Below are positions 1-13,999 of a DNA stretch of 64,000 bases, piece after piece. This DNA comes from Auanema rhodensis (Eukaryota > Animalia > Nematoda), in NCBI GenBank assembly GCA_964057225.1, contig OZ059898.1, positions 15,066,001 to 15,130,000 on the forward strand. The letters run 5' to 3'. The notes beneath the pieces are model-generated. The model was not told where the DNA came from. It did not search any database and was given only the letters and a program-made list of their open reading frames with translations. Within the stretch, counting starts at the first letter, position 1; the number at the start of each line of letters is the position of its first letter. The translations under genes were made by a program, and so were the position numbers.

Positions 1-2575
1 GTGCTGGACTCAGGAGCCTGCTCGATGGGAGTTACTTTTTCAATTTTGAAGCTGCGAGTTGGTGCACGAGGAGCTTCTTCAGCTTCTTCGTCTTCCTCAG
101 TTTCCTGACTAAGAAGTTTAGTTGTGCGACTTGGCATTACGAAAGTAGTAGAAGCTCCAACGGGGGATCTGTGAGCCGGTTCAAGTGATTCAGAGACGTT
201 TCCAAATGATCGCTCCATGATGGTAGATGCAGTCTGGGAAGGCTGGCCCGATTGCAGTTCCATTTTGAGAAGCTCTTCCCTGATGAGATCCTAAAAAGAA
301 CAAGCAACAGTGCAAATACAACATAATCCGAAAGGATTAACGATTATATGTGTATCATCGTTTGCTATAAATTTGATATTTCCTAACAAATACGCTAAAA
401 TTCTATTAGATCTTTCAGCAACCAATCATTCCTTCAAGTTTTTTTAACGAAAAAGTGCAAACAATTTAAAACGGGAAGTGCTTCTAGCAGTATTGTGCAA
501 GAGTGAAAGAAAGTCTAAAAAACTTAAAAAAACACGAAACACTAACTTCTAACAGAATCATTTCAGTTTGACATCCCCTAGTTCTTCTGTGAGCTTTATT
601 ATCAGCGCTTTTCTCTAAAGCTTTCTTAGCGGAAGCTGGCATGATGTGATAGAGGATTCGCTCCTTAACCGGCATTCTGGCAATTACTGCATCCAATGTT
701 TTCTTTGTATTCTTATCTGTAAAAAAAAGTTTATTTACACTCCCAATTTTATTATTATTTTCAAAGAATTCAACACAATCAACCACACACATTTCTTGTT
801 CAAACAGTGTCGTTTCTCTCACATCATTATCAATAATATTGAAGTAATATACTGATTTTTGATCAGAATCTAACAGGGATCATATACAGAATCAGAGAAC
901 AAATTAGATTTTTAGATTTTCTTTTTCTTTTTTCTCGCTTTTTGAACCATACACAGTGAAAACATTACCTTCCGTATCCTTCAAAACATCTCCACAGCTC
1001 ATTTTACGAGCATCTTCAGCTGAAATTTCGCCGTCCTCAGCTGCTTCAGCAAGAGCATTCATGTATTCCCGATCTATATTAGCTTGCATTCCCTGAAGAA
1101 AAAATATTTTATGTCTTTATTAAAAAATCGAAGAATAAACTGTTTTCTTCTTTTTGTTTTCATTTACTCAAGACTAAGGGACGGACCCCCACCTGTTCTT
1201 CCAATCAACCTCAATAAACATAGTTCATACTAATTCATTGAACTGTTTTCATTTTAGAATTACGTGAAGTAAAGAGCGGTTGTATTTCATCATGTTTTTC
1301 AATTTTTGAACAAAAGTTTGAAAGCTTTAACAAACCGTTGCTAATGCTTGCATCTGTTGCTGAATAAGAGTAAGTACAGTTGAAACAAGCGAAAGACCGA
1401 TGAGTAGGAGAATAGCTACGACAACAACGTAAGAAAATTCAGAAGGAACAATATCTCCAAATCCAATTGTTGTAAATGAAATTAAAGTGAAATAGAGTGA
1501 TGTTCCTATAATATTAGTTTTTAATTATTTTGAATAAAAAATTTAAAATATTACCGTAATCCCAATCTTCAAAAATTAGAAATATGGCGGCACATACAAA
1601 AATCCAAATGATGGTAACAAATATAAGAAAACTGATAGGGAATGATAATAGATCATCATCTTCGTTATTCGCAGATTTCTGAATATTTTGATTGTTGAAC
1701 AAGATATTTGAAGATATTTATTTGACTTACATCTGCTCCATCTTCAATACCAACAGCATTTTCTACTCTTTTTCCCAAATCCTTGGAAACTACCTTAGTG
1801 GATCTAATCAACGCAGTCCATACAAAGCGACAAATTCGCGCAAATATGAGACCTAGAAGAAGATTTTCAGGCATTTCTTAGAAGTATTACAGTGTTATAC
1901 CCAAAGAATAAAGCACAATAAGGGCTAATGGTATTCCGAGGAATGCATAAAGTATAGTTAGAATACGTCCACCAGTTGTAACAGGAGCAATATTTCCATA
2001 TCCTAAGATCAAATGGCTTATAGGAATGTTTTGAAATAATTATATTCAAACCAATGGTTGTATAAACAGTCATACAATAGAATACGGAACCCCAGAAGCT
2101 CCAACGAGCCTGATTTTCAGGATCAATCTTAACATCAAGGTATTAGTTTTGGATAATTTGATAGAAGTGCATTATACCTGATCAACTCCAATTTTTTCAT
2201 TATATCTTAAGAGAATTCTCTTTGTATTGTTATAATCATTGATAGCTCCTCCTCTTGGACGCGTATTCAAATCATAAATTGTGTCCTAAAAAGATTTTCC
2301 CTTTTTTTCAATGGCAAAGGGTAATTCTCACTTCGACTAGTCGAGATCTATCCTTTTGAAGAGTTTCAAGTGTAAACTTCTCATAAGGATATTCAAGCTC
2401 TTGAAATAGAATGGCTCCAAGTATAGTATAAACGATTAACACAAGAAGTGGTATAAGACCTGAATAGAAAAAATATATTCTTTCTTCAACAACAAACTGA
2501 TTTTTAACCTTTGGCTCCATCTTTTAGCTGATTTGACAGCTTATTAACATTCTGTGCTATAGTTGGTTCAGGCAT
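1..2575 (-). CDS. twk-18: Two-pore-domain (K2P/TWiK) potassium channel, TWK-18 ortholog; multi-exon, 3' end beyond the left edge
   Basis: Spliced translation from ATG 2575: MPEPTIAQNVNKLSNQLKDGAK|GLIPLLVLIVYTILGAILFQELE...SFWGSVFYCMTVYTTIG|YGNIAP (pore 1)...NEDDDLLSFPISFL...TSLYFTLISFTTIGFGDIVPS (pore 2)...LLLIGLSLVSTVLTLIQQQMQALAT|GMQANIDREY...KKTLDAVIARM...LLE|DLIREELLKMEL. Collinear with C. elegans TWK-18 as recalled; the GT-AG introns I checked are canonical. The last exon (290 to 1) is still open at the window edge. Confidence 0.92.
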
Positions 2576-5500
2576 CACTACCTAGAATAGTATAAGCATA
2601 ATAGGTTTTAGTTTCAAGCTATTAGCCAATATAGAGTGTTAAGAAAACAAATGATATAGTAATTGAAATAGTTGACAAGAGATGTGCAACGCCTGTTCAA
2701 CATCATGTCAAAATGTTTAAATATAATTGAAATATGTGAGTGTTCACGAAGTTTTTTTTTGCAACTCGATCTTTTTTCGCATGAGGCTTGATCAATTTTT
2801 ATTCGAATTAGTTGAAAATGATGTATACATATATCAAAATTTTTAAATTTCAAAGATTTAACTCTAAAAAACAGATTTTATATTCTATGATCCATGATAT
2901 TGATGAACAACAGTTTGGGATGATATAAAGCTAAATATACGAAGAAAAAACATTTGTTGCTGCTGAGAAATGCTAGCAAACGATTAAAACATTTTTCTAA
3001 TATTAGGATGGTATGTGTTTGAAGTATGTAATAGAGAAAATATATTTCATAACAAGACTGCTGAAGAAATTATTGAATTCCACGTGAGTTGCCTTAAAGC
3101 TCTTTGAATTCCGGTTTAGTTGGATTTACTCAAACGGGCACAACATCGAGCTGAAACCCCAACAAAGAGCATGAGAAAAGCACAGATTGCTGAGTATAAG
3201 ATTGAAATTAGTTGTCTTATAAGGAAAAGAATAGCAATGTATAAAGACAAGAATTGAAAAAATGCCTTTGAGTTAGATTGAGAGTGGAAGCTGAGAGGAT
3301 TGCATGTGTGAAAAGGTGAAAGATTTTTGCAGATGAATGAAAAGTGTGGTAGATGGTGGTGGTAGTCAGGGTTCGGAGAGAGGAGGGGGGTGTTGAATAT
3401 ATTTTGAAATTTTTATTTTTCTCCTCACACATGTACACAAAAACATTTTTGAAGTACATTTGATGGATGTGATAAGTTGATATGCGAATGTTAGGGACAA
3501 TAAAAGTACGAAGACGTTCTAATTAATATATAATAATGGAATTTTGTGAGGAAGAAGAAGGATATTTGTAATTAGTTAAAAGAAGCTTAGAAGATTTTAA
3601 CCAGAAGGTTAAAGTAATTTCATTGTATAGACTTCATGAATGATCACGAATGCGCTCTTCGAAATCATTTGCAGAAGAAGAAGAAAAGTGAAAAGATAGA
3701 TAGGACAACTGGTGCTCATTGGCAGCATCAATTAGAAGAGGACAAATGTTATACGAAAAGCAGGAATTTAACTATCATTAGTCAACAACTATTCAAAAAA
3801 TATTTGAAATCAGCTATTAAAGGATTTCTTATTCAATAATATTGTTTGTAAAACCTTCATAATTGCCGTCAATCGCTGCTTCGATGCGGGGGGTACGAAA
3901 AACATTTCGGGAGAAAGCCACCAAAAGTTTTTGGAATAGGTGAACATGGAATGATGCAAATACAAGCTACAAGCATAACTGAATAACCTATATTTAGATG
4001 AACTTATGTTTTATTGTTATAAAAATAAAAATATTATGTAATTCTATATAATTGGAGCAAAATAATGATTGAAGGAATATTTTGTGGGTGGGCGGAATGG
4101 TGCCAGAGCTACTAAACATTTCTGAAACGTCAGTTGTTCTTCGGCCGTATTCTCTAACGATAAAGCATGATGCGGAGAAATTTGTTGTGAATTAAAAACT
4201 AAATAATTTTTTATGATTGTTCTAATAAAACAGTAAATTTGATTGAAAATACTCTCACATTTTTGATTGATTTCCACAATACCAAATGTCCAACAAACAT
4301 AATGGAAGAAATTTTAGGATTTTGAAAAGAAAGATGTAATAATGTTGAGGAAATTCAATCCACCCTATTGTATTATTTGTCAATAGATTGAGATATGCAA
4401 TGGAACTTCTTAAAAACGTAAATCACATTGAGAAAAGCTGATATTTTAAGTAAATTCACAAAGAATTAAGACGTCGTTCATACAGTAACTCTCGTCTTAC
4501 TATGCTCCTCTAGTTTGCACATATTTATTGAATTTTAAGTATTTCATAATAAATAATACAACTTCCTTATGTTATCTCAGTGATTTCTACTAAATTCCAC
4601 AATAACTCCATTTCTATCTTTAAAAATAAAATTTTTAATTGTATTAATGAATGAAGCGGTTGCATATGTTAGATAGTCCAGATGTTTTCTTTCTCTTCTT
4701 CTTTTTGCCTCAACATTCATCTCAATCCAATGTCTTTCTAGTAAGTTTTCTTTTTCTTTTCCTACTCAACGTGGACAATAATCTTTCTTTTATGATACAT
4801 CCTTCTATTGTTGAAAATAAGAAACGCAAACAGTCAACCTGCGTTTGTAGGCTCCGGTCCTAAACCAGGCACACACAAATAAGAATTGTTTTGTTAACAT
4901 TATCATTCATTTACTAAGTTTTATCAAGGTGCGTTTCCTTTTTAAGAAAAGAGGAGTTGCTATAAGTTTCACAATACAAGTTTCTTTAAATTTTGTAGAG
5001 CATGCGGTTACGGTAACTATAACATCTTTTATATTTAGATTTCTCACTATAACTTCCCATTTTCTACACTCTGACGCCTTTCGTATTAGATTTTTAAATA
5101 ATTTCCTGATGTAGATTGCATTTCCTCTTATTAAAATAGATTCTATTATCAAGATATGAATCTTAGATGTAGAATAAATCCGAACATAAAGGAAGTCTGT
5201 TTGACCCTTTGCGCTCTAACGCTAACCCTCTTCGCTCTCTAGACAGCGTGCGAGCGTGCGGCCGCAAACGCCCTACAATAGATGAAGAAAAAGCGACAGG
5301 ACAGCGTCGCCTCTCCAAGCTTCATCCCTTTTTGGTTAACTTCTATAGCCAGAAGCAAGAATACAGCTTCCTTTTCCGCTGTGAATCTTATCATATTCAT
5401 TCTATACCTAATCTTAACAACGGTTCTACTAAGTTAGACCAAAAATCAACTTTTTATTATAAAAAGGTTTCATTTAACCAATAAACTACTCATATTCATA

Positions 5501-5901
5501 TTTAAAAAAACTGTACTTGCTTATAAAATCAAATTTATCATCATCTGTCTATCCGTAGAGATCAGTTTGCACTTTGCCTTTCTCTATCATTCCTGTATTC
5601 GCTAACATCAGTTAGAAATTCCGGCTGAGTCATCGCTAATTTGAATTTTATTCTTCATTTCTATAATCTTGATAATTCCGTTGAATTTTTGCTATCTAAT
5701 CTTTTCAAATAATATCATGAAATGCCTTTCTACACTCGAAATCTTACATTTTTTAGGAATTTAAGCTGTTTTCTATATATTTTAAATGTTGGAATGAAAG
5801 ACTTTGTGCGTTAATTTAACCTAATTTACAGAATTTTAAATCAAACTGTGATTTGGAATCGTATGGTTTGAGAGATTTAATTCTTCATAGTCCCACATAG
5901 T

Positions 5902-8900
5902 ATGGGTGATGTTGTTCTACCGCCTCTTGTACCCGCTGATGAGTATTCAGAAACGGAAGTAAGTTGTTGTTAATCTTCTGAATAGTTTCTCAAAGAAAAT
6001 TGATTTTGGTCTTTTCTCTGCCGAAAAATTCCACATAATCCATGTATTTTTCCTGTAATATTTATATAAAGAAAAATAATTTTTCCGGCCTTTGTTACTC
6101 TAATATTCGTTATCCTTTCGCTCGTTTGGAAACTTCAGAGTTTCTTTTCAATTCTATTCGTTTGACTGCTTGTTGAATTCATGATCGTTTGCATTGGAGA
6201 TGAGCAGCAAATGGCTTGAAGACCAGTATGTATGTGCAATGAGTTCATCCTGTGTCATAAGCTTAGATCATAGTATTCATTCTGGTGATAGACTTGAGTT
6301 GTGGATTTGATGAAGAATAGCCTTTTTGGAATGTCTTTCTTCGTCTATTACATAATGCAAGTCATGCTAAGGATATGCTGCTTAGCTCTCTTGGGAATAT
6401 TTGAGAAGCATAACAAATCAATGTTACGTTTCTTCATATTTTCTAACGATTTCAAAAAATCCTTTAACTACTACTTAGGTCACTCATATTTTTTAGTATG
6501 TGTTTCATTGTTTATCAAGTTGTTTCTAGTTTTTGAAGCACTCAATAGTTCTCAGCCTTGGGGATAGACAATAATCGTCAGGAAACGCCAGTATTTGAAA
6601 TTGCTTTGCTTTTTCTTTGTCGACATTCTTGAACGAGGGTGTGGCAAACGGGTTCACGACTTTCTTGGGATACACGATTATAAGTGAGAGAACTGAGGGG
6701 GGGCTAGGCATCTGTTTGTAAGAATAGGGATATGCTAATTTGGAAGAATCATCTGGATGTCCGGGGAAAAAAATTATGGATATAAATGGTTTTATGTAAC
6801 CGAAGTTAGAAAGTTATTAACCCCTTTTATGAGTATCGTTATCTATTTCAGGTGATCTTAAGGTCGTCTTGTTTTATGATGACATCAGAGAAATGGTTGT
6901 AACATTATAATTAGTAGTTGCCGTTTCATTGTGAAAATCTCTTTAATGATTTGATTTTATAACCCCCGATAAATACAAAACTTTAAATGAATTAATTATT
7001 TTTTATCTAAGCTTAAAACACTATGTTTCAAAGATTAGAAGCATTTTGACGGTTACTTAAAAATGCTATTTTAGGGAAAATTAGTTGCATCTTTACGATG
7101 GCTAATCAATAGGGTCTATGAAAAAGAAAGAGATATCCCGGATAAGTTGAAAAATGGTATAGCAAGAGATGGGCAAGTAAGTTTCGCTTTCTTTATATAT
7201 CTGTTGTTATTTACCATCTTAATAGATTAATATGATATTTTTTAAGGGGAGGCTACAAGTTGATCCCTCTGTAATGATGGGTTTAACCAATGGTTCTCTT
7301 TATAATATGGCTGCTGCGAAGATTTTCAAGGAGCCACATCTAGTTCAGGTAAGAATATTTAACTATCGAGCTTCTCATTTTTGATTTCTTTGGTTTTTGA
7401 CTATTCATGTTTCACTGATTAATTCCTAATTTGTTCTGACGTACCCATCTTTTGAAATGTCCTACATTATGCTTTGATTGTAATTGATCTGACATGAATC
7501 ACGTTCTTTTACTTTTCTTTATTTTAATCTAACTCGAGATACTTATAGAAAAGTAAGGTTTAATGGGGATGTATCTTTTTTTTTTAGTTATCTCCTGCTG
7601 CTGTTCTTGCTGCTCTAACAGATTATGGCATTGATGTCATTCAACGACCAGAAGAAGGAGGACAACAAGTTACAGAGACTGACCTCACATGTAGGGAACC
7701 TTTCCAAACGGTAAGACAGCTTATATTTAATTGATTTTCATTAATCTTATATATTTTTTCTTTTTTTAGCTAGCTCATCTAGCTGTAATTGATGCTTTAA
7801 TGCTGGCTCATTTACGAGATGTCATTACAGTGGAAAGAGTAGTAGATGCTGTTAGGTAATCTCTTTCACTTATTCTTTTCGTACTTAATGCTTTTGTGTC
7901 TTTTAGTCGACATACCAGTGTTGATGATAGAGAACGACCCATGGATTCAGCGGATGCCCTACTATTTTGGATTAATAAGATATGCTTATTAATAAGGGAT
8001 GAAGTGGAAAGGTCACAGATTATGCTGAAAGGTTGGAATCAGTCTATTGAAAATGGTAATCAAATACTTTCTGTATTACAGGTAGTGATGATGGGGGAAT
8101 GATTCCTGAAATGGAAGATTTATATGATGATATAAGTGATGGTCAATGTCTTTGTGCTCTTGTCGCCTTTTATCGTCCTCGCGAGATGGATATTCATGGT
8201 TTGTTTGTCAATTATTTCCTTTTAAGATCTTGGGTAACAATTGTCTTTTCGCAACTACTTCAACTTTGTTTATTCTGTGAAGTTGACTTTGCTGTAAAAT
8301 TCCGTTTTTCCACTGATCATTTGCTAAGGGAACATGAACAAAGTACATTATACTTGTTTTAGAAATCTGCTTTAATGAGCAAATGAGTAATCCAGATTGC
8401 CAATATAACTTAATGCTTCTAAGGTGATTACATAATACAGCGAAGTAGAGTAACAAACAATTCATCAATTTAGGGATTTCTGTCGAGGCTCCTTAGCTAC
8501 AAGTCCATTTCATTTCGAAGTAGAAGATATTCTATACTTACATGATTCTTTGCAAATGAATGTTAACATCTTCTTAGCGGATTTATTTGAAGTATTTGAA
8601 CCTGCTCCAATCAGTATGTTTGATATAAGCATCATTTGAATACGAGTTGTCTTCTTCTAGTTCCACCTCAAATGGAAGTACAATCTCCTCGAAGGTTTGT
8701 ACCTATTCAAGCTATTCCTGAGTTAAGAGCTGCAAAGATTGCTGCCAGAAGTCCCCACCCTCCAAGGTAATTTATATATCTTAGTTCATCTTTAACTTCG
8801 TGCTCAATTTTAGAGTTAGGAATCCATTCCACAGTGTTCATGTTAGCCAGACCACTCCAACTCGTAGTATGAGTATGATGAGTCAAGATAGTTTAATGAC

Positions 8901-11900
8901 TAATAGGTATTGCTTCTTCAATTTTAGTATTTTGCATGATATTGAATATATTAGAACAAATGACTCTTGGAGAATGAATCAGTTCCAACGATCACCCGAA
9001 CACTGGGGTCCAAATGTCACGAATTTTGGTCGTCTGAATCAGGTATGGATTGTCATATTCTAATCATTCTGGTATTGTGTTAATATGTTCAAACATGATT
9101 CTCTTCAAGGCTGAACAAGGATCTAATGGAAACTTGTCTCAAGTTGGGCAGTACACTCGAAGCGATTCATTACCGGGAGCATCAATCAGACTAGCACTTG
9201 AAGAGAAGCGACGTGATCATGAAATGCGAAAGCTCATGCAAAAGTAATTTTATAACATTACAATTTTGAAAACAAATCCCTGATTATTCAGCACTTTAAC
9301 GGAATCAGAAAGAGCCGAAAAGGGTAAAGCAGCGTTTTTTGCTGTAATGAATCAGGCTAAGGTTTGTCACAACCGTTTTGCTTCAGAAATATTATTTTTA
9401 AGACGGCAACACAAGCCCCCACTCACGATATGAAACTTCTTGAAACTGTAGTTAAAAAGATGGAGGCGCTAGAAGAACAATTTTCGAACCTTCAAACTGA
9501 ACGAGATGTTAGACTTGGTAGAGCTATTAGTCAGCCTAGTGTCTATCAAGGTTCTAATTCCCAGCTCTAGACATTCTTAAGTTTTAAAAATATTTAGATT
9601 TACAACCAGCCTCTGCTAGACCTGATTTCGCCGTACCTCAAGCTGGGTACCAACATCCTGGTCAACCTTATGATCCTTACTATTCTGGATACTTGCCTCA
9701 AGATGGTCACTATGCTCAACCTCAAACACAGGTTTCAATATTTTTCTTTGCTTTTAATATTTTTCGTTTAAGATGAGATCAAGCTTAAGTAATGGTATGA
9801 TCAATTATCTACCAGGACAGGTATCATACGACTACCAACAGCAGCAACAACAGCAAGGTCAACAACCTCAACAACAGCCAATGTATCCTCAAGGTAAACA
9901 AATATTCAAAATTAATTTAATTTACGTGAGTATTTAGGACAATACCCTGTATACAATCAAGGTCCTATGGTCCAACAACCGGGTTTCCAAATGGTAAGTT
10001 TTTTTTAATTGCTTGAATTACTTTGAGCTGGGGCATTCAGAATTCTATGCACCAATCCGCTCATGCTTCCACCGGCTTTTCTATGCACCCACAAGCTCCT
10101 CCTCAGCAGCAACAACAACAACAGCAACAACAACCTATGATGTTATCACAATACGGCCAGGTTTGCTCTTGAGTACCGCGTTTTCGGGGATTTTTTGCTT
10201 TATGTAGAATCATCCATATCCATCTGTTGCACCCCTTGATTTGCAACAACAACAACATCAGCAACAACAACAGCAACAACCCAATGCTTACCACCAACAG
10301 CAGCACCCCAGCAACTTCTCCTATGCTGGAACACCAGAAAATATGCCTCCTGGAGGTTTTGATGGTCAAGCTGGTAATGGCACCTTTAGATTACACAGCA
10401 ATGACGTTAGTTTGTTTTTGTGCATGATATTATCATTCTTTTCTCAGTGATATTGCTATTTTCTGTATTTCTAGACATCGAATAGTAGATTGGATCCTCC
10501 TCTTGAACTTAATAGAAATTTAACAAATTGGGGAATGACTATGAAGGCCGTAAGTTGTATCACCTTTTATGATCCCTCACCTCTGTTTATGGCATGTGCA
10601 ATTTACTAATGAAAATATTTAGGGTCATACGACTGGTAGAAATCAGCGTAGAATGTGGGAAAACCAAACATTCATCAAAAACGACATGGATCTAGTCAAC
10701 CATCCTGATTTAGTCCCCGTTGTCTCAGATTTAGATGTGAGTTTAATCTTTTAAAATAAAAAAATACCAATTTTGGTTCAGGATTTCACTGCTCAACGTA
10801 GATCTCCTTCGGTTGTTGGTACAATGAGGAAGTCAAGAGAATCTCGTGAAGACGGAAATGCGGAGGAAGACAAGCAACCACAAGGTTAATTTCTGATGAC
10901 GTTCATTTTTTCTCATTCAACAATTCATTGTAGTTAATGATCCTGATCAAACATCTCAATATTCATCGCCTCCACGAGATCCTGGGGTTTATGCTTCTCA
11001 AGCAATGGCCACCCCTATCCCAACCACTGACGCAGTAGCAAAGTCTGTTCTTATTAAATTTTCGCAGTTTTTTATTCGGGATTCAGGCCAAGCGCTCCAG
11101 CGGGTCCCGTCTTTGTTGTAACCGACGAACAAGCTGCATCTGATTTTGATAAGATCGCGGAGCAACGACGTGAAGCAAAAAAAGCTGCTCTCCTCGCTAA
11201 AACGATGAAACGAAAGGAAGAATCCGGCGTGAAGGTATTTTCTTTGTGAATTTTTAACGAACTTCACAATTCTAAGATGGATCAGATTGAACAACGAAAT
11301 ACGGAGAGGAAACTTGCAGAGGAAGCGAAACGAGAAATGGCTGAACAGAGGAAAATTGAAAAAGAGATTCAAAGGTAGTATTCTTTGATACTTTTGGTTA
11401 AACATTTCTTATTTTGCTTCAGACAAAAGATTCTCGAAGATTACAAGAGGAAAAAAATGGAAAAAGAATTGGGTGAAGTTTCGTCTGCCCGAACAACTAA
11501 TTCTGCTAGAGGTCAATCTCAACCTCCATTTGAACGAACCAAATCTCAGGTAACAAAGATTCCGATGACCTTCTGTGAACTATTTTGTCTCAGATGACAA
11601 CATCAGCATCATCAGCTGCCCAACCTCGCTTACGCGGAGCATCAACTGTAGAGCAACGTATTTCAGTGCAGAGTTTACAAGAGCCAAGTAAACTAACAAA
11701 GTTTTTTATTAAAAGCCTCACCTCTTACCCTTTTAAGCTCATAAGCTATTTTCAAAAGCTGTGCCGAAATCAAATCGCGGTTTGATGGTGAATGCTCTGC
11801 AATACAGTGTGTTCCCTGGTGCTGTAAACGATAGAGTTCGAACGAATACAATGAACGACTTAGCAACATCAAGTGCCAAGCACTTCCTTATTCTGTTTCG

Positions 11901-12264
11901 TGATCATAAATGCCAATATCGTGGTTTGTATTCGTGGGATCAAGTAAGCTAACAGTACTGTCAGGCCTCTATTCAACTGTGCTTTTTCAGCAATCTGATA
12001 CCGTAGAGAAAATTTCTGGACAAGGACCAACCAAGTGCCGTGAGGATATGATGAACTTGATGTTTAAGTAAGTTCAATATTTAATCCTTCTAAAGTGTTT
12101 AAATCCGTTTTAGGTATGATTCTGGAGGCAAATCGTTCTCGCAGATACCTACTAAGCATTTGGGAGCTACGATTGACGGATTTGCCATTCATGACACTTT
12201 CTGGCAAAAAGCTAAAATACCTCATAGCAAGTCAGCTGTGAAAGCTACTCACAAGGATAATTAG
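5902..12264 (+). CDS. ptrn-1: Patronin/CAMSAP microtubule minus-end-binding protein; more than 20 exons
   Basis: Exon 1 MGDVVLPPLVPADEYSETE (5902-5958); GKLVASLRWLINRVYE (7075); CH-domain region DALLFWINKICLLIR...DLYDDISDGQCLCALVAFYRP; coiled coils (IRLALEEKRR; KILEDYKRKKMEKEL); Q/P-rich linker; C-terminal CKK domain KSNRGLMVNALQYSVFPGAVN...HFLILFRDHKCQYRGLYSWD...FKYDSGGKSFSQIPTKHLGATIDGFAIHD; TAG at 12262-12264. Confidence 0.93.
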
Positions 12265-13108
12265 TGGTTTTTTGCTCTTTTTCTGCTTAAAAAGCTGGAT
12301 GTCATTATCATCAACTTCAGATTTCCATATTAAATTTCGCTTTTTTGTGATTCCATTCTTAACTCCCTGGCGTCATATGTTAAGTTAGTGAATCTAATCC
12401 AGGGGGCTTCATGTGATAATTGCTCCTTAATTCTACTACTGGTGGTTTAAAAAAATCTTTTTTTTCTCCAACTAACTAATATATACTAACAGTTCTTTCT
12501 ACATACTCATTATGTGTGTGTATGTGTATATGTAAGTGTGTGTTCGGCTCTCTTTTCCCTGTTGTGCCTGCCACTAGTACAAACTGCTTTTCTAATTTGT
12601 TCACTCCTGGTTTTTAACACTTATACAGACAAATGCCTTTTTCTGATTGTTAGCATGCTGGTCAAGGGCTTATTAGCAAATACATTACTCTAGATTTAGA
12701 ATTATGCTCTAAATTTCCAAATTCTAAGTGCTTATTTTTGTGAAACCGGGGTATCGATTGTTCTCGAGGGTGCTAGCTCTTCGTAAAATCGCTAATATAA
12801 TATTATTTTATTTATCAAAACTAAAAACAAATTTTATTTCGCTAGGCTTAAATTATTTTGACTTGGCCTTTATGTATTTACGTCATGTACCATCCAATAG
12901 GATCATTTTAACTATTTTATATCTTTGTAATAGGCTACTATTTTATGCATAATGCAATGATTTTCATAGAGTTTCATATGTAGATAATAAAATTTATTTT
13001 TGATTTTTAATGTTTTTCTTGTAAAATATGATCTTCTTTTTCTTCTTTTAACGAGGTTCAAAGAGGTTTTTGTACTGATAAAGTACTATACTAAAGGATA
13101 GATATGAG

Positions 13109-13533
13109 AAGAGATTAAAATTAAGAAAGTCCATGATTTACAGGACAGCAGTTGCCCTCATGACATACAGTTTTTGAACGTTTTCGAAAATTCTATTTGT
13201 CTCTTACTCTCATCTCACATTCTCACGCTTTTATTCTTTCTCCTTCTTTGTCCATCTCTTTTGTATTCTTCTTTTTCATCATATTCTGATGAAACCGACG
13301 ACAACTGCAACAACCACGACGACGACGACGACGACGAAGGGGATGAGACGACCATGATGCCATGTGGGTGTATCGAACAGTTGAAATATGGCCATCTGAT
13401 TAGCTACACTTAAGAAATTTTGGAATAATTTAGATAGCAAATTGCCTTTTCTGTTCTCAGAAGTCTATTTCAAAGAATAATTCTTTATAATTCATGTTAT
13501 CCATAGATCATGTTGATATGAAAGACAGAAGGC
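13109..13533 (+). repeat. Left arm of 425-bp inverted repeat
   Basis: Starts AAGAGATTAAAATTAAGAAAGTCC and ends GAAAGACAGAAGGC; contains a short (GAC)n tract. Confidence 0.97.
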
Positions 13534-13535
13534 GA

Positions 13536-13932
13536 CTAGCGAAGTAGATAGTAAACGGAGAACGGCTCGTGTTTGCAGATTTCAATGTGGCTGAGTATGT
13601 CTGAAAAAAAATGAAATTTATATAAGACTCTATATTAAATTTATACGCACCTTGAGTTGAGACCATTTCCAAGATGTTTCTATACTTCGTTTCCTTTCCA
13701 AGACGTTTCTATACTTCGTTTCCTTTCCTTTCGTTTCCGAAAATAAAAACATTATTGATAAAAATGGTAAATTATAACAGTATTATACAAATTTGCTCTA
13801 TTAATTATATTTATATTTAATCTAAATAAATAATCAAGTTTATTTACTCACCACCACGATGTATTACTCGATGTACATGCAAGATGACGTCACCTTCTGG
13901 ATCAGTGATTGGTTTGCGGTTCTCTTGAACAT
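13536..13932 (-). pseudogene. Pseudogenised three-exon fragment of an unidentified spliced gene
   Basis: Exon 13932-13852 (TTTCAG acceptor, GTGAGT donor, 81 nt). Exon 13736-13651 (acceptor reads TTTTCGG, donor GTGCGT, carries a 29-bp frameshifting duplication). Exon 13600-13536 (TTTTCAG acceptor, ends in TAG). Confidence 0.55.
13666..13723. repeat. 29-bp tandem duplication (2 copies, 1 mismatch)
   Basis: TTTCCAAGATGTTTCTATACTTCGTTTCC followed by TTTCCAAGACGTTTCTATACTTCGTTTCC. Confidence 0.95.
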
Positions 13933-13999
13933 CTGAAAACTTTTAATCAAATAACTTAGAGAATATATTAATATGGAAATTAATACACGGATTTAGTTC

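Noticed and set aside
2308-2520. ATG 2520 (MEPKVKNQF...) as the twk-18 start
   Set aside because: That ORF reads through an intron. The spliced model from ATG 2575 aligns better with the TWK-18 N-terminus.
13174-13413. Identical 79-aa ORFs at 13174+ and 15260- as a duplicated gene
   Set aside because: Non-ATG start, low complexity and poly-D from a (GAC)n tract; the identity simply reflects the inverted repeat.
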